A stretch of DNA of 64,000 nt from Chloroflexota bacterium (GTDB lineage: Bacteria; Chloroflexota; Anaerolineae; Anaerolineales; UBA11579): positions 23,040 to 87,039 of the forward strand of contig JABJGH010000035.1 in NCBI GenBank assembly GCA_018662365.1, read 5' to 3'. Under the pieces are notes generated by a model. That model searched no databases. It saw only the letters and a list, made by a program, of their open reading frames with translations, and was not told the DNA's origin. Shown here in pieces: positions 37,917 to 45,446 of this stretch. Position 1 is the stretch's first letter; every line of letters begins with the position of its first letter. The position numbers and the translations under genes were made by a program.

Positions 37917-39011
37917 CTACTTTTTAATCTTCTCAATAACCTCTTGATAGACCTCAAGATGCGCTTTTGCGAAAGAATCCCAATTCAAGCTTTCTTTGCT
38001 ATAGGCCAAAGCATTTTTTCCAAGCTGTTTTCGATATGCTTCATCTTTTGCCAATCTCAAAATCGCCTCAGCCAACAAGGCAGGATTTCTTGCGGGAACC
38101 ATTAACCCCGTATGTTCATCTTCCACCACCGCCCCCAAACTGCCCACATCAGTAGCAACCACCGGGTTCTCAAATTCATAGGCAACCCCCACAACCCCCG
38201 TAGAAGTTGCCGAATTATACGGTAAGACAACCATCTTGGCCTTCTGAAAGAATACCGCCCCTTCCTCATCTTCGATATAACGGTTGATTACCTCTATTCG
38301 CTCATGCCCATCCAATTTCCGGTAAGGTTCAAATTTGCCCTTACCGGCGATCACAATTCGCCAATCTGGTAACTCCTCCAAAACTTGAGGTGCAGCCTGT
38401 AATAAGGTCTCAATCCCTTTATGCAGATCGATCCGCCCAAAAAAGAGAATCATGTTTTCTTTCGGGATTTCTTTATCCCGCCATTGCGTAATCGCCGAAT
38501 AAGAACCCTGTTGGATCACATAAGTTTTATCAGCAGCGTAGCCCTTGGATAAAAAATCCTCTTTTAACCAATCCGTTTGCACAATATAAGCATCTGGAAT
38601 TAATCTGACTAACACCTCCGGGATCAAAAAATAAAGCGGAGTTCCCTCATGCGGTGTAGGATCAAACACCGTATAGACTAACGGCAATTTTAAATATTTT
38701 TTGAGCACCCAGGCCACCATCGGGTTCCATTCATGAGAAACCGTGAGATGAGCGATCTCCGCCCCGCATTCCTTTGCGATAGCAACCAACTCTTTATACA
38801 CCCTTGGATTGAACGCATTCAATAAGGTGCCAACCTTCTTTTTTCCAGTCTCTATCTGATAATGTTTGATCTTTGGGTCAAAGCTGCCCAGCGCCACATC
38901 TTTAGAAGTCACCACAGAGACTTCCGCAAATGCACTAAGCGAATTCGTATGCGCTATGCTGTAATGCACCATCGCACCGTGTCTTGAAAGAGCTACGATT
39001 AATATCTTCAT
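37917..39011 (-). CDS. Glycosyltransferase family 4 (GT-B)
   Basis: GRID.HKG ... LPY....STGVVGVAYEF..PVVATDVG C-terminal Glycos_transf_1 pattern. Confidence 0.85.
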   Translation of the reverse strand: MKILIVALSRHGAMVHYSIAHTNSLSAFAEVSVVTSKDVALGSFDPKIKHYQIETGKKKVGTLLNAFNPRVYKELVAIAKECGAEIAHLTVSHEWNPMVAWVLKKYLKLPLVYTVFDPTPHEGTPLYFLIPEVLVRLIPDAYIVQTDWLKEDFLSKGYAADKTYVIQQGSYSAITQWRDKEIPKENMILFFGRIDLHKGIETLLQAAPQVLEELPDWRIVIAGKGKFEPYRKLDGHERIEVINRYIEDEEGAVFFQKAKMVVLPYNSATSTGVVGVAYEFENPVVATDVGSLGAVVEDEHTGLMVPARNPALLAEAILRLAKDEAYRKQLGKNALAYSKESLNWDSFAKAHLEVYQEVIEKIKK

Positions 39012-39123
39012 AATTATTGGATAGTTTACCTTATCGGTGACAACAAGTTTCCAAACCGATTAAGCAGGTTAGGAAACTGTATTATATATATAAAAAGTAA
39101 ATTACAGAAACATCCTTCGCTAA

Positions 39124-39205
39124 ATTGGGGGCCGTATCATCAAACGGGGTGAATCCGAAGAACTGGGAACCCCAGCGTAGACTGATCAGGTTTATTTTAA
39201 AGCAG
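39124..39205 (+). repeat. Repeat copy B: degenerate copy of the clpC 3' end
   Basis: ATCATCAAACGGGGTGAATCCGAAGAACTGGGAACCCCAGCGTAG reads [14 protein letters not shown] in frame (6-nt in-frame deletion relative to clpC). The terminator part is decayed. Confidence 0.8.
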
Positions 39206-39235
39206 GCCGCTCTTAGATTGTTAATAAAAGGGGTA

Positions 39236-40336
39236 TCAATCGTGGTCTTTTTCAAAGATTAACTTAACTTGTTCTAGAATTTGCCTGAATACTTGTTGGA
39301 TATAGGTAATTTTTAACTTCATTGATCCCTTGTCGCCAAGATCAATTTTGAAAAAAGCACCCTTGCGAAGAGAATACCTGCCCCTTTCGATATCACTTTC
39401 CAGGGCAAAATCGTAACAGGAGAGGGTTGGATTTAGCCATAATGCGTATTCTCCAACAGCAGCGGCCCCTTTGAAAAGGAACTGGCAATTTGAAAGCAAA
39501 AGCATGTCGATAAGGACATCCTCTCCTTTTTTATAATTATTCACGTCTTTAAAGTGAAACGGGGCAACATGGTTTTCTGAGCGAATGGCATTGTAATAAG
39601 AAACTCTTCCAGGAAATTCCTTTTCAAAAACTTCAATAAACTGCACTTGGTCCGTTGCCAAGAACAAGTTAAATTCTTTTATTTTATTCTCATCCAGGTG
39701 GTGATGTATTGCTTCGATATAAGTTTCTGGACTGGTTGGTTTTGCATAGGAAAAATCAGTCCCTCGGATATGCACACCGATTGAATAGGTGTTTTCTAAG
39801 TATTTGGCCTGAAAGTCCGAAACCTTTTGCAGGATATGTGGTTTCACTTTGATGTACTTAGCGACATATTTTCGGCCTAAGGCCCGCTTTTCGTTTATCC
39901 ATTTTTCTGGCGACGGTGGTTTTTCTTTTGACCAAAAAGTAGCAATTCTTGCTGGATCTATATGATGCCAATTTAATATGTTTTCTTTTGAATATTCGTG
40001 GATAAAATCTTTGGCTATTTCATCTTGATCAAGCCAATCCTCCACTTGGTCAATTGAAAGTTTGGCAATCGGATAAAAATAATATGCCCATATGTTTTCC
40101 CCCCTCTCTTCATCATAAAAATAAGCCAAGTTTTGCGCGTTATAGTCAACAACTGGAATCCAGTTGTTTTCAATTGCTTTGCGAACACCATTCAAAGCAT
40201 ACGTTATTAATGCCGAAAAACCCGCATTGCTATCGGCATTTTGAATAACGTGAATCTTTTCATATTTATTTTTTATCTCGATCAAGTCCATGGTCATATC
40301 ATCAAAAGGGTTATTGTTTGATTGCCATTCTATCAT
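39236..40336 (-). CDS. Putative glycosyltransferase of the fucosyltransferase superfamily (GT23/NodZ/O-FucT-like)
   Basis: IGVHIRGTD resembles the H.RR.D motif I of alpha-1,2/1,6- and O-fucosyltransferases. A downstream ATD...DMLLLSNC.FLF pattern is also present. Assignment is from motif memory only. Confidence 0.5.
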   Translation of the reverse strand: MIEWQSNNNPFDDMTMDLIEIKNKYEKIHVIQNADSNAGFSALITYALNGVRKAIENNWIPVVDYNAQNLAYFYDEERGENIWAYYFYPIAKLSIDQVEDWLDQDEIAKDFIHEYSKENILNWHHIDPARIATFWSKEKPPSPEKWINEKRALGRKYVAKYIKVKPHILQKVSDFQAKYLENTYSIGVHIRGTDFSYAKPTSPETYIEAIHHHLDENKIKEFNLFLATDQVQFIEVFEKEFPGRVSYYNAIRSENHVAPFHFKDVNNYKKGEDVLIDMLLLSNCQFLFKGAAAVGEYALWLNPTLSCYDFALESDIERGRYSLRKGAFFKIDLGDKGSMKLKITYIQQVFRQILEQVKLIFEKDHD

Positions 40337-40378
40337 TCGACTATATTACTGATTAAATAAACAAATATATTCCATTTT

Positions 40379-40526
40379 CATTCTTGACATTGAAATCGGA
40401 GAAGATGCCCCCGATAGCTTCATCAAACGTGGAGAATCTGAAGAAGAGCTCGGAACCCCAGCGTAAACCGAACAAGTTTAATTCAAAACAGGTCTGGTAT
40501 ATACCAGACCTGTTTTTTTATTTATC
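40379..40526 (+). repeat. Repeat copy C: clpC 3' end (26 codons, frame intact) plus intact terminator hairpin
   Basis: Reads [27 protein letters not shown] (3-nt in-frame deletion). Hairpin ACAGGTCTGGTATATACCAGACCTGT plus T7 at 40488-40519. Confidence 0.9.
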
Positions 40527-40699
40527 GGGGATTTCTAATTCTTCAAACATAACTTAAAGCAAAACCAACTTAATATTACCTATAAGGTCTTTTATATAAT
40601 AAAATGTAGATATTCATTAACTACTATTTCTCAATTTCTTTACGCTCTGCTAGTGAATATATTTTAAAAAGTTTTCAACGATATCAAGGAGTTTTTATA

Positions 40700-41101
40700 A
40701 TGAAGGTTGCTTATGTTTTTGCAATGCCCCGCTCAGCAAGCTATAAACTGGCCCAGATGATTTTGCCCCAGCTAGAAGCAGGAACCCATGGAGTTGAAGT
40801 TGTCGGTATGTTTTTCTTTGATGATAATACCTTTGTGTTACGCGAAGGCGACCCTATTGGCGAAAGATTGTCAAAAGTCGCAAAAGAAAAGGGAATGCTT
40901 TTAATGATCTGTGATATGTGCGCCCTGGAAAGAAATTTAGCCGAAGGGGAACCCAAATGGTGTGCGCCAGATGGCACTGGGCGAACAGAACCGGGTGTTG
41001 TAAAAACACTTAATACGGTTGAGGGTGTAGCAGTTGGCTGTTTCCCAGATCTTTACACAGCTTTAGCTGGAAACATGCCTGATCAAGTTATCACTCTTTA
41101 A
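40700..41101 (+). CDS. DsrE/DsrF-like family protein
   Basis: 133 aa. MKVAYVF... N-terminus and a CDMCALERNL motif typical of DsrE-like sulfur-relay fold proteins. AAGGAG RBS. Confidence 0.5.
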   Translation: MKVAYVFAMPRSASYKLAQMILPQLEAGTHGVEVVGMFFFDDNTFVLREGDPIGERLSKVAKEKGMLLMICDMCALERNLAEGEPKWCAPDGTGRTEPGVVKTLNTVEGVAVGCFPDLYTALAGNMPDQVITL

Positions 41102-41110
41102 TTTGATTAT

Positions 41111-41228
41111 ATTGGGGCCATATCATCAAACGTGGTGAATCCGAAGAAGAAGAGCTGGGAACCCCAGCATAGTTTCAAAATGTTTAATTCAAAACAGGTC
41201 TGGTGTATGCCAGACCCGTTTTTTTTAT
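41111..41228 (+). repeat. Repeat copy D: clpC 3' end (16 codons, frame intact, TAG stop) plus terminator hairpin
   Basis: Reads [16 protein letters not shown]. Hairpin GGTCTGG-TGTATG-CCAGACC plus T8 at about 41196-41227. The 5' flank ATTGGGGCC.TATCATC is shared with copy B. Confidence 0.85.
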
Positions 41229-41302
41229 GGGGGAGGTTCATATCCTCTTCCCCCAGACAGCTCAACTCATTTCCGAACTTTGGTCTGTGCTAAACTACAA
41301 TA

Positions 41303-41830
41303 ATGAAAATAAAATGGGAAAAACTAAGTGAAAAACGCTATAAAAGCGGTTACCGAAAAATGATACGTAGAAAGTATAAACTCCCAAATGGAAAAATTGC
41401 AGACTATGCTATTGTCGATAACGGAAAAGCAGTTTGCGCTGTAGCGTTAACAAAAGAAAAAAAAGTAATACTGCTTAAGATTTATAGACCTGGACCGGAC
41501 AAGATACTTCTAGAACTTCCAGGAGGTCTTATAGAAAGTGAGGATACGCCGGAAAAGGCCATAAGAAGAGAATTCTTGGAAGAGACTGGCTACACTGGAG
41601 ACTTTGAACTAGTATCTACAACTTATGAAGACGCGTACTCCACCATGATTAGATACAATTTCGTTTCCCAAAATTGTGAAAAGGTTCAAGAACCTGAGCT
41701 TGAAGACGATGAGGGCGGTGCAGAAACAATACTACTATCTATTGACGAATTTAAAAGACATCTTAAAAGTGGTGAATTAACAGATCCTGAAACTGGTTAT
41801 ATTGGATTGTTACATCTAAATTTACTATAA
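41303..41830 (+). CDS. NUDIX hydrolase
   Basis: NUDIX box GGLIESEDTPEKAIRREFLEETGY. Confidence 0.9.
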   Translation: MKIKWEKLSEKRYKSGYRKMIRRKYKLPNGKIADYAIVDNGKAVCAVALTKEKKVILLKIYRPGPDKILLELPGGLIESEDTPEKAIRREFLEETGYTGDFELVSTTYEDAYSTMIRYNFVSQNCEKVQEPELEDDEGGAETILLSIDEFKRHLKSGELTDPETGYIGLLHLNLL

Positions 41831-42107
41831 ACGTTCAAATAGCGTACAGCACTCCCACCCCTTTCCCAATAAATTTCCCCACATCAAACCCTGATACCCA
41901 TCTTAAAATTCAGTACAAATGCCTATATTGAGAGGATTTGTTTTTCTGTATAATGGAATAGGCGTAATGATATATTTGTGGAGGAATTTAAGTGTAATTT
42001 ACGGAGAATATAAATACCGTTTTTGATAAGAGTAATTATCAGTAACTATTCATAAATTTATATGTAGGATTTATTTAGTGCTCCCTTTAAAAAATGTCTA
42101 ATTTAGG

Positions 42108-43646
42108 ATGAAGAAAATGAAAAATAATAAAGCCAATTTTCTATTATTATTCCTCATCTTTTGTTTTGGAATGTTTTTAAGAACCTATAGGCTGAACAAC
42201 ACCTTTCAAAGCTCTGACAATGCATTTCTAGCAACAAAGATTTTGACTAATCCTGGCTATCGATGGATGATTTTTGAGAATTATGGGGTTTTAATAAATT
42301 TCTACGTGAAAGTTTTTACAGGTTTTTTGTCATTATTGGGGATTCCATTAAATGAGTTTTGGTTTAAATTACCTATTGCAATTATTGGCAGCGCGCAAAT
42401 AATTTTATCTTTTGGTTTTTTAAATTGGTTAATGAAGAATAGAGCTTCCGCATTATTAGGCGCAGGTTTAATATCAATTCTTCCAATCCATGTAATGCAA
42501 TCAAGGTATTTATGGGGTTATGAGGTTTTAGGAACTTTTTTCTTAACAATAGCAATATGGGTACTATTGCTTTATTTTGAAAACCCAACCAAAAAGAATG
42601 GTTTTTTTGTATCTTTATCAATAGGGTTTTACAGCATATCCCATGGCTACATACTTCCCGGAAGTATCACACTATTTATCATAATGATGATCTCAGTTGG
42701 GAGAGATGATGGAATAATAAACCGTTTGCGAAAAGTTATTCATCATATTATTAATTCGAAAATTTATCTCATCCCCCTCCTTTTTCTCCCATTAACGATT
42801 TTCCCCCTCATTCATGCACTTTCAAAAGACACAAGATTAGGATTTTATGTTTTTGATTATCTTTGTGACTTTTTATCTGGTTTGGGGGCAGGATTCGCAA
42901 TATTGGTTGGATGGGGAATATTAAAATTCTTTATCTCAAACCATACAAAGGTCCATACTGAATGGCTCTTTTTGATAGTATCATTTATATATTCCGCACC
43001 ACTGATTTTTGGTGCCTCCCCTGGAACAACAGTTGCTGAAGGGTATTTTTTAATTAGTACATATTTCTTATTGTTGTTTGTAATCCTAATTCTAAATAGA
43101 TATATAAAACAAACTAGACTGGTTTTTCGGGTTTTATTTTTTTCGTCGGTATTATTGACCACCTGGGGAATTTTCGAATCGGTTTTACTAAGAGATCAGG
43201 GGTTTGACCCATCTTTTATAAAAGCCAATCGGGGAATGGCAGCTATTGATCCAGGTTCTAAAGCTGCTGCATATGAAATTCGCACGGAACTTGGCAATGA
43301 TATAAAAATCCTAGCTCTCCATGGAGCTCTAGAGCCACCAAATATGGAATATTATTTTGGGAAAACAGAAATTTCTTTTTTCGATTTAACTTCAGAATTA
43401 AAAACTTTAGCCTATCAAAAATACATAAACCTTGTTGATGTTGTTGTTGTAGGAAAAGACTTCTTAACAACTATGAGTATTGATCCCAATTTCTATCAAT
43501 GGATTGAAATTTCATCAGAAAATGTACCCCAAATGTGGGTTTTTTTGAGGAATACTTTTGAAAAACATTCCATTTCAATTTACACCGAGGAATTTAATTC
43601 AAAATATGATTTGTTATATCCAAAATATTCCAACCTTTTAGATTAA
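42108..43646 (+). CDS. Polytopic membrane protein, GT-C fold glycosyltransferase-like (ArnT/PMT/GT39-like)
   Basis: About 11 predicted TM segments over the first ~370 aa, then a soluble C-terminal domain. This is the GT-C architecture. Very AT-rich. Family assignment is tentative. Confidence 0.5.
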   Translation: MKKMKNNKANFLLLFLIFCFGMFLRTYRLNNTFQSSDNAFLATKILTNPGYRWMIFENYGVLINFYVKVFTGFLSLLGIPLNEFWFKLPIAIIGSAQIILSFGFLNWLMKNRASALLGAGLISILPIHVMQSRYLWGYEVLGTFFLTIAIWVLLLYFENPTKKNGFFVSLSIGFYSISHGYILPGSITLFIIMMISVGRDDGIINRLRKVIHHIINSKIYLIPLLFLPLTIFPLIHALSKDTRLGFYVFDYLCDFLSGLGAGFAILVGWGILKFFISNHTKVHTEWLFLIVSFIYSAPLIFGASPGTTVAEGYFLISTYFLLLFVILILNRYIKQTRLVFRVLFFSSVLLTTWGIFESVLLRDQGFDPSFIKANRGMAAIDPGSKAAAYEIRTELGNDIKILALHGALEPPNMEYYFGKTEISFFDLTSELKTLAYQKYINLVDVVVVGKDFLTTMSIDPNFYQWIEISSENVPQMWVFLRNTFEKHSISIYTEEFNSKYDLLYPKYSNLLD

Positions 43647-43783
43647 TTTATAATTATATAAAGATTCTAAATTCTCATGGCAATTAAAATTCATTTGCGA
43701 ATATGGCTAATTTTCAGGATATGAACCCTAGCCGGTGAGGTCGGGTGTTCAAATCCTCTCGTCATAACTTCCCCACTTCCCCC

Positions 43784-43812
43784 TTGACCTTATAGAACAT
43801 CTGTGCTACAAT
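43784..43812 (+). promoter_or_regulatory. Sigma70-like promoter P1 upstream of radA (TTGACC-17 nt-TACAAT)
   Basis: Hexamers at 43784-43789 and 43807-43812. Confidence 0.55.
43795..43806 (+). promoter_or_regulatory. LexA (Cheo/SOS) box-like sequence GAACATCTGTGC within the P1 spacer
   Basis: One mismatch to the GAAC-N4-GTTC core. Confidence 0.4.
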
Positions 43813-43898
43813 TGACCCTGAGAAGGAAATCTTTATGGGCGGAAATAGGGCATATACAAAAATATTCAATTTTCATCTCACTCCCCACCCCCTCCACC

Positions 43899-43927
43899 TT
43901 GCAAATATCTAACTTAAGGGTTAATAT
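43899..43927 (+). promoter_or_regulatory. Sigma70-like promoter P2 upstream of radA (TTGCAA-17 nt-TAATAT)
   Basis: Hexamers at 43899-43904 and 43922-43927, 34 nt upstream of the radA ATG. Confidence 0.5.
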
Positions 43928-43928
43928 A

Positions 43929-43940
43929 GAACATATGTTT
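43929..43940 (+). promoter_or_regulatory. LexA (Cheo/SOS) box-like sequence GAACATATGTTT immediately downstream of the P2 -10 element
   Basis: One mismatch to GAAC-N4-GTTC. The palindromic ATAT centre matches the B. subtilis-type consensus CGAACATATGTTCG. Confidence 0.5.
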
Positions 43941-43960
43941 AGTAAACCGAGGAATAGCTA

Positions 43961-45355
43961 ATGGCCAAAGCACGCACAGTCTATATCTGCCAAGAATGTG
44001 GGCGTCAGTCCACCAAAGAAATGGGGCGTTGCCCCCAATGCGGCGAATACAACACCATGGTCGGCGAAGTCGTCGAAGCAAAAAGTACCGTTAAAAAAAC
44101 AGCCCCCCGTGGCCTCAGTGGTCGCTCCACTCCCCGCAAACTATCCCAGATCACCGGCGATATGGAAGAACGCATGCCCCTCTCCATCGGCGAGTTCGCC
44201 CGCGTCCTGGGCGGCGGCATCGTCCACGGCTCCGTCGTCCTCATCGGTGGCGATCCCGGCATCGGCAAATCCACCCTCCTCCTTCAAGCCGCCATGGCCC
44301 TCGCCAAAAACAAAAAAGTGCTCTATGTCTCTGGCGAAGAATCCGAACACCAGATCAAAATGCGCGCCGTCCGCCTCACCCAGGGAGAAAAAGAGTCCAC
44401 ACCTTTGCCCGATAATCTACTCCTCGTTACCGAAACCAACCTAGAAGTCATCTTAGATCATGTCGCTTCAGTTGCCCCGCCAGTCTTAATCGTCGACTCC
44501 ATCCAAACCACCTACACTTCCGATTCCGACTCTTCCGCCGGGTCGGTCACCCAAGTCCGAGAATGCTCGTCCCGCCTGCGTGAACTCGCCAAGAACAACG
44601 GCATTGCCGTCTTCCTCATCGGTCACGTCACCAAAGAAGGCGCCATCGCCGGCCCCCGCGTCCTCGAGCACATCGTCGATACCGTTCTCTATCTCGAGGG
44701 AGATCGTTTCGGCGCATACCGCTTATTACGCTCCGTCAAAAATCGCTTTGGCGCTACCGCCGAAGTGGGCGTCTTCGAAATGCAAGAACGCGGCATGGTC
44801 GAAGTCAGCAACCCCTCCGAAGCCTTCTTAGCCGAGCGCATGGTCAACGCCCCCGGCTCCGCCATTGCCGTCACCATGGAAGGCACTCGCCCCCTTTTGG
44901 TTGAAGTCCAGGGACTCACCAGTCCCACCTCCTTTGGCAATCCCCGCCGCACCGCCAATGGCGTAGATTTCAATCGACTCCTCCTCATCTCCGCAGTGCT
45001 CACCCGCCGCATCGGTGTCCGCCTCTCCGATCAAGACGCCTTCGTCAATGTCATCGGCGGCCTGAAAATTGGCGAGCCAGCCGCAGACCTTGCCGTAGCC
45101 GTCGCCATCGCTTCTTCAATGAAAGACCAAGCCGTCAAAGCAGACACCGTCCTCATCGGTGAAGTGGGTCTCTCCGGCGAATTGCGCCAGGTCAGCCAAA
45201 TGCCCGCCCGCCTGCACGAAGCCGCCAAATTGGGCTTCAAAACCGCCATCGTCCCCAAACGCCTGCGCAAGGGAGAACCCTGGCCCAAAGAAATCCAGAT
45301 CATCGAAGCGCGTACCCTTAGCCAAGCATTAGACAAGGCCTTATTAAAAGAATAA
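43961..45355 (+). CDS. radA: DNA repair protein RadA/Sms
   Basis: N-terminal zinc ribbon C.ECG....K..G.CP.CG, Walker A GDPGIGKST, the KNRFG motif and a C-terminal Lon-like domain. 464 aa. Confidence 0.95.
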   Translation: MAKARTVYICQECGRQSTKEMGRCPQCGEYNTMVGEVVEAKSTVKKTAPRGLSGRSTPRKLSQITGDMEERMPLSIGEFARVLGGGIVHGSVVLIGGDPGIGKSTLLLQAAMALAKNKKVLYVSGEESEHQIKMRAVRLTQGEKESTPLPDNLLLVTETNLEVILDHVASVAPPVLIVDSIQTTYTSDSDSSAGSVTQVRECSSRLRELAKNNGIAVFLIGHVTKEGAIAGPRVLEHIVDTVLYLEGDRFGAYRLLRSVKNRFGATAEVGVFEMQERGMVEVSNPSEAFLAERMVNAPGSAIAVTMEGTRPLLVEVQGLTSPTSFGNPRRTANGVDFNRLLLISAVLTRRIGVRLSDQDAFVNVIGGLKIGEPAADLAVAVAIASSMKDQAVKADTVLIGEVGLSGELRQVSQMPARLHEAAKLGFKTAIVPKRLRKGEPWPKEIQIIEARTLSQALDKALLKE

Positions 45356-45446
45356 TTTCCAGAATACCGGGGGCAATATGATATATACTAAAAGCATAAA
45401 ATTCAACAAAAAGACATCTGGTTTTAAACATTCAAGGAAGGGCACA

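Noticed and set aside
36717-41228. Possibility that the four repeats are a CRISPR array or integron attC sites
   Set aside because: Spacing is 0.6-2.3 kb with whole genes between the repeats, so this is not a CRISPR array. The repeats are derived from a coding 3' end, and no intI or attI is present, so it is not a classical integron.
43700-43775. tRNA-like 3' fragment (GGTCGGGTGTTCAAATCCTCTCGTCATA) that could mark an island attachment site
   Set aside because: The putative T stem (GGGTG/CCTCT) does not pair and no acceptor or anticodon arm can be built. It may be a very decayed remnant, but I cannot support it.
43998-45336. Ten alternative-frame and antisense ORFs of 61-148 aa inside radA
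   Set aside because: They are Pro/Ala/Ser/Gly-rich translations typical of off-frame reading of a high-GC3 gene. radA itself has clear motifs in its own frame.
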